Source: Verrucomicrobiota bacterium
Lineage (GTDB): Bacteria; Verrucomicrobiota; Kiritimatiellia; RFP12; UBA1067
Length of the DNA: 64,000 nucleotides
Reading direction: 5' to 3'
Assembly: GCA_050874585.1 (NCBI GenBank)
Contig: JBNMKZ010000004.1
Span: 7 to 64,006 of the forward strand
Shown here: positions 18,775 to 28,654 of the stretch, one piece after another
Layout: every line of letters starts with the position of its first letter
How positions within the stretch are numbered: position 1 is the stretch's first letter
Notes under the pieces: generated by a model
What the model saw: the letters and a program-made list of their open reading frames with translations, nothing else
The model's database searches: none
What the model was told of the DNA's origin: nothing
Made by a program: the position numbers and the translations under genes

Positions 18775-20471
18775 AAGATATTCTTCTGATCCTCGTGACG
18801 GTTTGCGGAGGCCTTGGCCTCTTCCTGTTGGGGATGAAGCATCTTTCGGAGGGGCTGCAGGCGACGGCGGGCGGCGGCTTGCGCAAGTTCATGTCCCATG
18901 CGACGAGCCGACGGCTTGTGGGCGTTGGGACGGGCATCATCTCGACGGTCATCGTCCAGTCGTCCTCAATCATCACGGTGATGCTCGTTGGCTTCGTCTC
19001 GACGGCCCTACTGACGTTGCCGCAGGCGATAAACGTGTTGATTGGCGCGAATATCGGCACAACGGCGACGATTTGGATTATCGCCTACGCGCCGGATCCC
19101 CAGGTTCTTGGTTTCATTGGCATCGCGCTTGGCGGCGCGATGTATTTTTTCTTGCGCGGCGAACGCGTCCATAACCTCGGTCTGACGGTCATCGGCCTTG
19201 GGCTGGTCTTCTTGGGCCTTTACTTCATGTCGAAGGGCGTCATGCCGATTCGCGAGAATCCCGAGATTGCGAAAGTCTTCACGTCCATGAGCTGTGAGAC
19301 CATCCCGGGTGTGCTGCTGGTTGCCTTCGCGGCGATGTTGCTGACGGCGGTCATCCAGTCCTCGGCGGCGACGATTGCGATTGCCATGACGCTGGCGGCC
19401 CAGAAGTTGATTACCTACGAGGTGGCGATTGCCGTGCTGTTCGGGGCGAACATCGGCACGACGGCGACGGGGTGGATCGCGGCGATCGGCGGCACGGCGG
19501 ATGCGCGGCGGACGGCGCTGGCGCATACGCTGTCCAACATCATCGGGTCGATTGTGTTTCTGCCGTTGTTCCCCCTGTTCGTGAAGGGCGGGCAGATGCT
19601 CTTTCCGAACTGGAATGTTGCCGAGACGATGATTGTGTCGGGGCATCCGGCACAAGTCCTGACGCACATCATGGCACCCATTGCCGTGACGGATACGATT
19701 TTTGCTGTTTGCCGTGGGGTGTTGCTTTTTCCATTTGTGAAGCCTTTTGCGCGTTTGATTGAGTTTTTGGTCAAACAGCCGGAGAATGAGAAGCCGCACC
19801 TGTCGGCACTGAAGGTCGGTGCGCGTCTCTCGCCCGTCATCGCCTGCGACCAGGCCCTGTTGGAGGTCCAGTTCATGCGCAAGAGCAATCTTGAGTTGCT
19901 GGACTGTGCGCGGCAGGTCATCGCCGGCACAAGCGACGAGGAGATGGAGAATCACATCATCCATCGCGAGGACATTCTGGACAACGTGCAGCGCGAGGTG
20001 ACCGAGTTCCTTGGTGGGATTATGACGAAGCGCCTCGGATGGGATGTCGCGGAACGGGCGCGGCGGCTCCTGCGCATTACGGACGAGTTGGAGTCCGTTT
20101 CGGACGAATCGGCGGCGATTCTGCGTGTCGTTCGTCGATTCAGGACGCGCAAGCAGCGGATTTCAGAGGCTTCGGTGGCCGTTCTCCTCTCCGTCCACGA
20201 CCGTGTGAATGCGTTCGCCGAGAAGGTTTCTCCCTGGATTTGTTCGCCGCGTGTGCCGATTGACGTGGAGGCCGTCCAGGCGGAGTCGCGGGAGATTCAC
20301 GAGTTTATCCGCGAGTGCCGTCGGACGCAGCTCGGACGCATCGGCTCGGACGACCCGGAGTCCCCGTTGCGCGTTCTGGGTGAGTTGGATGTTATCAATG
20401 CCTATGAGCGCATTCGGGCCTATTATCTGAACATTGCCGAGACGCTGGCGGGCGGGAAAGTCGCCAAGTGA
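18771..20471 (+). CDS. Na/Pi cotransporter family protein with a PhoU-like C-terminal domain
   Basis: Internal ATG 18771 (ATGA overlap). Duplicated motif QSSS..T...V...G...GANIGTT; helical cytoplasmic C-terminus. Confidence 0.85.
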   Translation: MKDILLILVTVCGGLGLFLLGMKHLSEGLQATAGGGLRKFMSHATSRRLVGVGTGIISTVIVQSSSIITVMLVGFVSTALLTLPQAINVLIGANIGTTATIWIIAYAPDPQVLGFIGIALGGAMYFFLRGERVHNLGLTVIGLGLVFLGLYFMSKGVMPIRENPEIAKVFTSMSCETIPGVLLVAFAAMLLTAVIQSSAATIAIAMTLAAQKLITYEVAIAVLFGANIGTTATGWIAAIGGTADARRTALAHTLSNIIGSIVFLPLFPLFVKGGQMLFPNWNVAETMIVSGHPAQVLTHIMAPIAVTDTIFAVCRGVLLFPFVKPFARLIEFLVKQPENEKPHLSALKVGARLSPVIACDQALLEVQFMRKSNLELLDCARQVIAGTSDEEMENHIIHREDILDNVQREVTEFLGGIMTKRLGWDVAERARRLLRITDELESVSDESAAILRVVRRFRTRKQRISEASVAVLLSVHDRVNAFAEKVSPWICSPRVPIDVEAVQAESREIHEFIRECRRTQLGRIGSDDPESPLRVLGELDVINAYERIRAYYLNIAETLAGGKVAK

Positions 20472-21691
20472 TGAAGCGGCACCTGATTGGCATTGGGGGC
20501 GTTGGGATGAGCGCCCTTGCGACGACACTCGTTCGCCTGGGCGAGCGGGTGACGGGGGCGGATCGCAACCTGTCGACGAAGAACATCACCTTCCTGCGTT
20601 CCATTGGCATTGCGTGTTTTCCGGATGACGGGAGTGGGGTGGATGCCGAGACGGGTGAGGTGATTGTCTCGACGGCGATTGAGGCGGACAATCCAGGACT
20701 TCGTCGGGCGAGGGAACTTGGAATCCCCGTTGTCCATCGGGCGAAGGCCCTTGCATCCGCCCTGTCCGGGCATCGGCTCGTGGCCGTTGTTGGGACGTGC
20801 GGCAAGTCGACGGTGACGGCGATGCTTGGGCACATCCTCGTCCAGTGTGGATTCGACCCGTTTTGCGTCAATGGCGCGAATGTGCCCGGATGGGAAGGGG
20901 CCGTCCGCGTGGGGTGCGGCGACTATGCCGTTGCCGAGGTCGATGAAAGCGACCGATCCCTGGTCGCGTTCCATCCCTACGCGGCGATTGTCACGAACGC
21001 CAGTGCCGACCACTACTCGAAGGCAGAGATGGACCAGGTCTTTGACGCGTTCATCGAGGGTCTCCCGGGGCCGGTCGTGGACGGTCGGGTTCGGCTTGGT
21101 GAGGCGGATGTCTCGATACCGGGGCTGCACAATCGGCACAATGCGTGGCTGGCGTTGCGCATGGCGGTCGCCCTCGGGTGCGACGAATCCGCCGCGCGCG
21201 AGGCGTTGCGCCATTTTGGCGGGGTCGAGCGGCGTCTTCAGCGGTATGGAACGTGCGTTTATGACGATTATGCGCACAATCCCGAGAAACTGCGGGCCAT
21301 GTGGACGACGCTGGCGGAGGCGTATCCGGGCGGCGTGTGCGTCGTTTGGCGGCCCCATGGGTATGCGCCGCTTCGGAAAATGCTGGATCCGCTGGTTGAG
21401 ATGTTCGCCGAGGTCGTCCGTCCACAGGACAAGCTTCTTCTTTTGCCCGTGTACGATGCGGGTGGAACGGCCGATCGCTCGATTCAGTCGGATGCGCTCG
21501 CTGCACGGCTGGGGGATGGAATTTGCGAGCAGGTTGCCGATTTAGAGGGGGCGTATGCGTGGATTCGGCAGAATCGCGCTGCATTTGCCGCGTTTGCGAC
21601 GTGCGGTGCGCGGGATCCCGACTTGCCGTCTCTTGCCGCACGAATTGCCGCGCTGGTGGACGGGCCCAAGATTGCCCCTTCTTTCGTGTAG
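20468..21691 (+). CDS. Mur ligase family protein (MurC/Mpl-like, short)
   Basis: N-terminal IGIGGVGMSALA and P-loop GTCGKSTVTAM. 407 aa, shorter than typical MurC. Confidence 0.75.
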   Translation: MMKRHLIGIGGVGMSALATTLVRLGERVTGADRNLSTKNITFLRSIGIACFPDDGSGVDAETGEVIVSTAIEADNPGLRRARELGIPVVHRAKALASALSGHRLVAVVGTCGKSTVTAMLGHILVQCGFDPFCVNGANVPGWEGAVRVGCGDYAVAEVDESDRSLVAFHPYAAIVTNASADHYSKAEMDQVFDAFIEGLPGPVVDGRVRLGEADVSIPGLHNRHNAWLALRMAVALGCDESAAREALRHFGGVERRLQRYGTCVYDDYAHNPEKLRAMWTTLAEAYPGGVCVVWRPHGYAPLRKMLDPLVEMFAEVVRPQDKLLLLPVYDAGGTADRSIQSDALAARLGDGICEQVADLEGAYAWIRQNRAAFAAFATCGARDPDLPSLAARIAALVDGPKIAPSFV

Positions 21692-21868
21692 GTCCATTAG
21701 ATTTTACAAGTCTCAAGGTCCTGCGGTGGAGGGCTTTTCAGCCATGGGGCAGTCGTTTTCACGCCGAGCCGCCGAACCGCAAGGGAAATGAACCACGGCG
21801 GATCTTTCCACTTTTGCCGCCCCATTTGGTTGTGCAGTTTTTCCTATTCGAAAATGCCGCGTTCGTCC

Positions 21869-21898
21869 TTGACTTTCGGCGGCGAAAAGCGGTATAAT
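21869..21898 (+). promoter_or_regulatory. promoter: TTGACT, 18-bp spacer, TATAAT, for the V-ATPase genes
   Basis: -35 at 21869-21874 and -10 at 21893-21898. SD aggag lies before ATG 21931. Confidence 0.65.
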
Positions 21899-21930
21899 CA
21901 CTTCCAATCATCCCGCATTAGGAGATTGAA

Positions 21931-22500
21931 ATGGCAGAAGACGTGCAGAGTTTGCTTGAGAAGATTAACCGCGAAGGCGTCGAAAAGGCGCAGGCGACGG
22001 CGGATGGAATCATCGCCGAGGCGAAAAAGCGCGCGGCGGAAATCGTGAAGTCCGCGAATGAGGAGGCCGCCCAGGCCAAGGCTGCGTCCGAGAAGGCGGC
22101 GGCGGATTATGCGGCGCGCGCGGCGGAGACGATCCGCCAGTCCGCTCGCGACACGGTGCTCAAGGTCGAGTCCGCCGTGACGGCTCTCCTTGAAAAGTTG
22201 CTGGCGAAGGACGTGGATCGTGCCTTGGCCGAAGAGAAGACGGTCGTTGCGCTGGTTGCCGAGGCGGTCAAGGGCCTGACGGGTCCGGCGGAAGTCGCCG
22301 TTCCCGCGAAGCTCGCCCCGGCCCTGAAGGCCCAGTTGGCCGCGCAGACGAACCTGACGGTCGTCATGGACGAGACGCTCGGAACGGGATTCTCGGTGAA
22401 GACCGATGGCGGGCGCGTTGAGCATGCCTTTACGGGTTCCGTCCTGACCGAAGAACTGGCGCGTCGGCTGCGTCCCGACCTTGCGAAGTTGGTGAAATGA
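21931..22500 (+). CDS. V-type ATP synthase subunit E
   Basis: 189 aa. Long charged N-terminal helix plus a globular C-terminus, typical of V/A-ATPase subunit E. Confidence 0.8.
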   Translation: MAEDVQSLLEKINREGVEKAQATADGIIAEAKKRAAEIVKSANEEAAQAKAASEKAAADYAARAAETIRQSARDTVLKVESAVTALLEKLLAKDVDRALAEEKTVVALVAEAVKGLTGPAEVAVPAKLAPALKAQLAAQTNLTVVMDETLGTGFSVKTDGGRVEHAFTGSVLTEELARRLRPDLAKLVK

Positions 22501-22982
22501 GCGTTGACTACATTGTCTCAAGCCTTCCGGTGCTGGCGTTTGACCAGCCCGCGCCCTTGACATGGGCGAGATTCGTCGAGGCCTGCGGGGGGGGCGAAAA
22601 AGTGCCGCGCCCGCGCACTTGGACTGATTTGGAGACCCAGTTGCGCAATGCGGTCGCCGAGGCGCGCGGCGGTGAACGCTACAAGCGTCCGGCGGAGGGC
22701 TGTTCGCTCTACTGGAAGAATCGCGTCCTCGCGTGTTTCCAGGAAAAGGACATTGCCCGGCGCGACGAATTGCTGGATCGCGTGTGGTGGGATGCCGCCG
22801 GTGAGCTGACGGCGCTCGCCTCGCCGCTTGGCAGGGGTGCGCTGGCGACATATGCGGTGCGCTTGGAGATTGCCCTTCGGCGTACGCGCATCTCGCGTGA
22901 GAAGGGGAACGAGGCATTTGACCGGCTGACCGCCGAGACGAAGCGGTCGCCCGAAAATCTTGAAACGGAGAAAGAAGCATGA
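22497..22982 (+). CDS. hypothetical protein conserved in V-ATPase operons (DUF2764-like position)
   Basis: 161 aa. ATGA-coupled to both neighbours. Occupies the slot between E and A as in Chlamydia-type operons. Confidence 0.55.
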   Translation: MSVDYIVSSLPVLAFDQPAPLTWARFVEACGGGEKVPRPRTWTDLETQLRNAVAEARGGERYKRPAEGCSLYWKNRVLACFQEKDIARRDELLDRVWWDAAGELTALASPLGRGALATYAVRLEIALRRTRISREKGNEAFDRLTAETKRSPENLETEKEA

Positions 22983-24751
22983 CAACAGGCAGAATCGCAG
23001 CCGTCAACGGCAATATGATCACCGTCGTCTTTGACGGGGCCGTCGCACAAAACGAGGTCGGGTACGCCCTCCTCGGCGACAAGCGGCTCATGGCCGAAAT
23101 CGTCCGCGTGCGCGGCACACGGTGCGACATGCAGGTCTTCGATGCGACGACGGATCTTGCGGTGGATGACAAGGTTGAGTTCTCGGGCGACCTGCTCGCG
23201 GCGGAACTCGGACCGGGGATGCTGGCGCAGGTCTACGACGGCCTGCAGAACCCGCTCGCCGAACTCGCCAAGGAGGCGGGAAAGATTTCAAAGGATGCGG
23301 GCTACTTCCTTCAGCGCGGCATGTACCTGCCGGGTCTGCCGCGTGACAAGAAGTGGGACTGGCACCCGACCGCGAAGGTTGGCCAGCGCGTGACGGCGGG
23401 CGAAGCCCTCGGTTGGGTGACGGAGGGCATCTTCGACGGCAAGACGATGCCGGGGCACAAGATTATGGTGCCGTTCGCCTTCCGCGGCGTTTATACTGTG
23501 AAGGAACTTGCGCCGGCGGGGGACTACACGGTGACGGAAGACGTTGCAACGCTGACGGACGACGCAGGCAAGGATGTCAAGGTCCAGATGATGCAACGTT
23601 GGCCGGTGAAGGTGCCCATCCGTTGCTACACCGAGCGCCTTGCCCCGACCGAGACGCTTGAGACGACCGTGCGGACGATTGACACGTTCTTCCCCGTTGC
23701 AGTTGGTGGAACCTACTGCATTCCCGGTCCGTTTGGCGCGGGCAAGACGGTGTTGCAGCAGACGACGGCGCGTTATGCGAAGGTCGATGTCGTCATTTCC
23801 GCCGCGTGCGGCGAACGCGCGGGCGAGGTTGTTGAGACGCTGAAGGAATTCCCTGAAATCAAGGACCCGAAGACGGGCCAGTCGCTGATGAAGCGCACGA
23901 TCATCATCTGCAACACCTCGTCCATGCCGGTTGCCTCGCGTGAGGCATCGGTGTACACGGCGGTGACGCTGGCGGAGTACTTCCGGCAGATGGGGCTGAA
24001 CGTGCTGGTACTGGCGGACTCGACCTCGCGGTGGGCGCAGGCGATGCGCGAACTCTCGGGCCGACTGGAGGAGATTCCGGGCGAGGAGGCCTTCCCGGCC
24101 TACCTGGAATCGCGCATTGCGGCGTTCTACGAGCGTGCCGGACGCGTGAAGTTGAAGGATGGCTCGATTGGTTCGGTGACCATCGGCGGAACGGTCTCGC
24201 CGGCGGGCGGCAACTTCGACGAGCCGGTGACGCAGGCGACCCTGAAGGTCGTGGGCGGCTTCCACGGGTTGTCGCGGGCGCGTTCGGATGCGCGGCGCTA
24301 CCCGGCGATTGACCCGCTTGACTCGTGGAGCCAGTACAATTCGGTCATTGAGCAGGATCGCGTCGAACGCGCCCGCGCAATTCTCCGCAAGGGCAGCGAG
24401 ATCGGGCAGATGATGAAAGTCGTCGGCGAAGAGGGGACATCCCTTGAGGACTTCACAACCTATCTCAAGGCGGAATTCCTCGACGCGGTCTACCTGCAGC
24501 AGAATGCGTTCAGCGAATCCGATGCGACGACTCCGGTGGAGCGTCAGCGGGTGATGTTCGGCGTGGTCGAGAAGGCCCTGCTTGCGACCTATTCCTTTAA
24601 GGACAAGGATGCAACGCGTGGCTTCTTCATGGATCTGCAGCAGAACTTCATCGACTGGAACGACAAGCCGTTCACGTCGGAGGAATTCGCCACGCAGAAG
24701 GCGGCTCTTGAGGGCAAGATTGCGGCGGCATCCGCGAACGAACATGCATGA
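22979..24751 (+). CDS. V-type ATP synthase subunit A (catalytic)
   Basis: Walker A GPFGAGKTV; 590 aa; A-subunit-specific non-homologous insert. Confidence 0.95.
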   Translation: MTTGRIAAVNGNMITVVFDGAVAQNEVGYALLGDKRLMAEIVRVRGTRCDMQVFDATTDLAVDDKVEFSGDLLAAELGPGMLAQVYDGLQNPLAELAKEAGKISKDAGYFLQRGMYLPGLPRDKKWDWHPTAKVGQRVTAGEALGWVTEGIFDGKTMPGHKIMVPFAFRGVYTVKELAPAGDYTVTEDVATLTDDAGKDVKVQMMQRWPVKVPIRCYTERLAPTETLETTVRTIDTFFPVAVGGTYCIPGPFGAGKTVLQQTTARYAKVDVVISAACGERAGEVVETLKEFPEIKDPKTGQSLMKRTIIICNTSSMPVASREASVYTAVTLAEYFRQMGLNVLVLADSTSRWAQAMRELSGRLEEIPGEEAFPAYLESRIAAFYERAGRVKLKDGSIGSVTIGGTVSPAGGNFDEPVTQATLKVVGGFHGLSRARSDARRYPAIDPLDSWSQYNSVIEQDRVERARAILRKGSEIGQMMKVVGEEGTSLEDFTTYLKAEFLDAVYLQQNAFSESDATTPVERQRVMFGVVEKALLATYSFKDKDATRGFFMDLQQNFIDWNDKPFTSEEFATQKAALEGKIAAASANEHA

Positions 24752-24762
24752 GGAGTTAGACG

Positions 24763-26073
24763 ATGTTCAACAACAAGATTTACCACAAGATTGACGCGCT
24801 TTCGGGCTCGGTGGCGACGCTGCGGGCCGAAGGCGTGAAGTACAACGAAATCGCCGAGGTCGAGTCGCGAGCCGGAACGTCGCTGGCACAGGTCATCAAG
24901 TTGGACGGGCCGAACGTGACGCTGCAGATTTTTGCGGGTGCGCGTGGCGTGGATACGGCGGCGAAGGTGCGCTTTCTGGGCGAGACGATGAAGGTCCCGT
25001 TCTCGGATGCGCTTCTTGGCCGGGCGTTCACGGGTACGGGTGTGCCGCGTGACGGTGGCCCTGCGATTACCGAGAATCCCTCGCCCATCGGACAGCCGTC
25101 GGTGAACCCGGCTAAGCGCATTATGCCGAACAAGATGGTGCGCACGAACATTCCGATGATTGACCTCTTCAACTCGCTCGTGAAGTCGCAGAAGTTGCCG
25201 ATTTTTGCGCGTGCGGGCGAGCCGTACAACGAACTGCTGGCGCGAATCGCCCTCCAGGCCGACTCGGACGTGATTGTCATCGGTGGCATGGGACTGAAGT
25301 ATGACGAGTACCTGAAGTTCCGTAATACGCTCGACAAGTCGGGTGCGCTCGCGAAGACGGTGATGTTCGTCCATACGGCGGCGGATCCGACCGTGGAGTG
25401 TATGCTGGTTCCGGATGTCTCGCTCGCCGTCGCCGAGAAGTTCGCACTGAAGGGCAAGGATGTCCTCGTTCTTCTGACGGACATGACGTCGTTTGCGGAC
25501 GCGATGAAGGAAATCGCCATTACGATGGAGCAGATTCCATCGAACCGCGGCTATCCAGGCGACCTCTATTCCCAGCTCGCCTCGCGCTACGAGAAGGCCG
25601 TGGACTTCGATGGGGCTGGCTCCATCACGATTCTGGCGGTGACGACCATGCCGGGCGATGACGTGACGCACCCGGTGCCGGATAACACGGGCTACATTAC
25701 CGAGGGTCAGTTCTACCTGCGCAACGGGCGCATTGAGCCGTTCGGTTCGCTGAGCCGTCTGAAACAGCAGGTGAACAAGAACACGCGTGAAGACCACCGC
25801 ACGGTGATGGATGCAATGATCAAGCTTTACGCCCAGTACAAGGAGACGGTCGAGAAGCAGTCCATGGGCTTCAAGATGTCTGCCTGGGACCAGAAACTCC
25901 TGGCCTATGGCGCGGCGTTTGAGAAGAACATGATGGACCTTTCGGTCAACATCACCCTTGAGGAGGCCTTGGACCTCGGGTGGAAGATCCTGGCGGACAA
26001 CTTCGAGAAGACCGAAGTTGGTATTCCCTCCAAGCTGAGCGACAAGTTCTGGCCGAAGAAGTCTGCCGCATGA
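24763..26073 (+). CDS. V-type ATP synthase subunit B
   Basis: 436 aa, B-subunit-like throughout. Confidence 0.95.
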   Translation: MFNNKIYHKIDALSGSVATLRAEGVKYNEIAEVESRAGTSLAQVIKLDGPNVTLQIFAGARGVDTAAKVRFLGETMKVPFSDALLGRAFTGTGVPRDGGPAITENPSPIGQPSVNPAKRIMPNKMVRTNIPMIDLFNSLVKSQKLPIFARAGEPYNELLARIALQADSDVIVIGGMGLKYDEYLKFRNTLDKSGALAKTVMFVHTAADPTVECMLVPDVSLAVAEKFALKGKDVLVLLTDMTSFADAMKEIAITMEQIPSNRGYPGDLYSQLASRYEKAVDFDGAGSITILAVTTMPGDDVTHPVPDNTGYITEGQFYLRNGRIEPFGSLSRLKQQVNKNTREDHRTVMDAMIKLYAQYKETVEKQSMGFKMSAWDQKLLAYGAAFEKNMMDLSVNITLEEALDLGWKILADNFEKTEVGIPSKLSDKFWPKKSAA

Positions 26074-26627
26074 ATACGACATCCGTCGCCGACCGCGAGG
26101 CGCAGAAACTGGCGGAGTGCGTCCATTCGATTCCCGACTTCCCGAAGCCCGGCATCCTGTTTAGGGACGTGACGGGGATTTTCGACACGGCGGAAGGCTT
26201 CCGACTGTCGATTGATCTTCTCGTGCGAGCATTGGAGGGTGTCAAGTTTGACCTCATCGTCGCGCCCGAGTCGCGCGGGTTCATCTTCGGTGCAGCCCTT
26301 GCCGATCGGCTTGGCAAGGCGTTTGTGCCGATTCGCAAGCCTGGCAAACTGCCGCGTGCGACGATTAGCGAGGACTACAAGCTGGAGTATGGAACGGCGA
26401 CCGTCCAGATGCATGCGGACGCGGTCAAGCCCGGTGCGAGGGTTGTTCTCATCGACGACTTGCTGGCGACGGGCGGGACGGCGGCAGCCGGAGCGCGACT
26501 CGTCGAGCGCTTGGGTGGAAAGGTCGTGAAGATGGTCTTTCCGCTTGAACTGGCGGGATTTGATGCACGGCGCGGCATTCTTGCTGGCTACGACGTCGCC
26601 TCGCTCGTGCAATACCCCGGCAAGTGA
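26070..26627 (+). CDS. apt: adenine phosphoribosyltransferase
   Basis: Internal ATG 26070 overlaps the subunit B stop. PRPP motif [13 protein letters not shown]. Confidence 0.9.
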   Translation: MNTTSVADREAQKLAECVHSIPDFPKPGILFRDVTGIFDTAEGFRLSIDLLVRALEGVKFDLIVAPESRGFIFGAALADRLGKAFVPIRKPGKLPRATISEDYKLEYGTATVQMHADAVKPGARVVLIDDLLATGGTAAAGARLVERLGGKVVKMVFPLELAGFDARRGILAGYDVASLVQYPGK

Positions 26628-26723
26628 CGCGGACGGGATAATGCGCCTACATCGTTTTGACGCTTTGTTCCGCGTGGACGGTTTTTGGATATTTTGTTTT
26701 GAAACCCATAAGAAGGATGGGGA

Positions 26724-27567
26724 ATGAAAGTATCGCGAATGCTTGTTTATGCGGGCTGATGGGCCTGCCGTTCTTTTTGCAGGCGGCGGGTGCTCCCTCG
26801 GACTATCCAATGACCGATGTCAACCGGATGTTGGCCGATGATGTGCGCGGCGAGGCATTGAGATCGTTGACTACCATCTCCATGTTCGGGGCGGCATGAC
26901 CCCAGAGAAATGCGTTTCGCGAGAACGGGCGTGGATTGTCCGTTCAAGTGCCATGGACAATCATGGGCGGGAGTGGGAGACGAGTACGGACGCGCAATTG
27001 TGCGCTTTTGCCGCGAAAGCCCGTGCGGCGAGCGCTGGAATGCCAGTTGGCATCCAGGTGAATGACCGGGATTGGTTTGAGCAGATTGCGCCGAAGACGC
27101 GGCAGAAGTTTGACTATATCCTTGCGGATACGATGATTTTTGGCAATGATTCCGACTGGCGAAAGAATTGCCTTTGGAATCCGCAGAAGATTGTTGACGA
27201 GGACAAGTGGATGGAAGCCTATGTGAATCACCACCTGAGGATTCTTTCCGAGCCGATTTCCATTTTGGCGAACCCGACCTATCTGCCGGTCGAAATTGCC
27301 GGTGACTACGATCGGCTCTGGACGGAAGAACGGATGCGGCGGGTGATTGGTAAGGCCGTTGAGCGGGGTATTGCGATTGAGATTCAGGCGGCATCGCCTT
27401 TCCCCCGGCCGAAGTTTCTGCGCCTTGCCAAGCAAATGGGGGCTAAATTCTCGTTTGGAACGAACAATTTTGATGACCGCCCGAAGGACTTAACGCATTG
27501 GCTTGATGTCATCACTTGGCTTGACTTGCATGGGGAAGACATTTGGAAGCCAGGCGATTTGAAGTAG
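26724..27567 (+). pseudogene. PHP/amidohydrolase-like metal-dependent hydrolase, apparently disrupted by two single-base frameshifts near the 5' end
   Basis: The SD-preceded ATG 26724 gives MKVSRMLVYAG then a stop. The signal peptide continues in another frame (LMGLPFFLQAAG...). The metal motif VDYHLH lies in the main frame, upstream of its first ATG (26896) and downstream of a stop at 26839. Confidence 0.55.
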
Positions 27568-27605
27568 GGTGCGGTGTCGCTAACCGCTGCAATTATGTGA
27601 TGTTT

Positions 27606-27640
27606 GCCAGCCACTCCTTGCGGATGGCTGGCGGCTTTTA
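27606..27640 (+). terminator. probable rho-independent terminator
   Basis: GCCAGCCA / TGGCTGGC stem, then GGCTTTTA. Confidence 0.6.
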
Positions 27641-27774
27641 TGGGTGGGTGTGAATGCATTCGTTTTTCCTGTCGGTTTCGTGTTTCTGCCATTTTTATTC
27701 GTGGCGGTTTTTTTGTCACGAATCGCGGTGAATGAATGCAGGCGTAAGTGAAATAACACAAAAGCCCGTGCGTA

Positions 27775-27783
27775 TGGTATAAT
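27775..27783 (+). promoter_or_regulatory. extended -10 TGGTATAAT for argB
   Basis: Ends 10 nt before ATG 27794. Confidence 0.6.
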
Positions 27784-27793
27784 ACTCACCCCT

Positions 27794-28654
27794 ATGGAGA
27801 TGATGGATACAGCAATGGCCAAAGCCGCGGTTCTCACCGAGGCTTTGCCGTATATTCAGGCCTTCAGAGGTTCGGTCGTCCTCGTCAAACTTGGCGGTTC
27901 CGTCATGGAGGTCGAGGCGAATCTCGATGGTCTGATGGACGACATCGCCTTTATGCATGCCGTTGGGATGAAGATTGTCATCGTGCACGGCGGCGGCAAG
28001 GCGATTTCGCGGGCCATTCGTGAGTCGGGTCATGAGCCGAAGTTCGTGGACGGCCTTCGGGTGACTGATGAGACGACGATGGAGATTGTCCGCCGGACGC
28101 TCAACAAGGTCGTCAATCCTGATTTGGTCCGCCGGTTGCAGTTGCGCGGCTCGAATGCCCGTCCCCTGCACGGGAACTGGATTTTCACGGCACGCAAGAT
28201 TGCCGCGCCCGACCGTGGGTATGTGGGCGAGGTGACGGAAGTCGATGCGCGTGTCGTGACCGAAATGCTGGATGCGGGCATCATCCCCGTCATCACGCCG
28301 CTCGGCACGGGAGCCGACGACGACCATCTCTATAATGTCAATGCCGATTTTGCCGCCGCCGCGCTTGCAAAGGCCCTGAAGGTCCTGAAGTTTGTGCTGG
28401 TTTCGGATGTTCCAGGCCTACTGAAGGACCCGAACGACCCGACGACGCTCTTCTCAACGCTTCACCTGAGCGACACGGCTGCGCTGAAGGCGGATGGAAC
28501 GATTGCGGGAGGAATGCTCCCGAAAATCGAGAGTTGCGAAGATGCGATTCGCTCCGGCGTTCATAAGGTTCAGCTTGTGGATGGACGGATGGCGCATTCG
28601 CTTTTGTTGGAAATATTCACGCGTAAGGGCGTGGGAACGGAGATAACGGAATGA
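27794..28654 (+). CDS. argB: acetylglutamate kinase
   Basis: 286 aa, amino-acid kinase fold (VVKLGGS, IVHGGG). Confidence 0.95.
   Translation: MEMMDTAMAKAAVLTEALPYIQAFRGSVVLVKLGGSVMEVEANLDGLMDDIAFMHAVGMKIVIVHGGGKAISRAIRESGHEPKFVDGLRVTDETTMEIVRRTLNKVVNPDLVRRLQLRGSNARPLHGNWIFTARKIAAPDRGYVGEVTEVDARVVTEMLDAGIIPVITPLGTGADDDHLYNVNADFAAAALAKALKVLKFVLVSDVPGLLKDPNDPTTLFSTLHLSDTAALKADGTIAGGMLPKIESCEDAIRSGVHKVQLVDGRMAHSLLLEIFTRKGVGTEITE

Noticed and set aside
22587-22594. A run of 8 G inside the V-ATPase-associated hypothetical gene, considered as a slippage or phase-variation site.
   Set aside because: It simply encodes Gly-Gly-Gly in frame within a core operon. It is short for a contingency locus, and the downstream ATGA coupling is intact.
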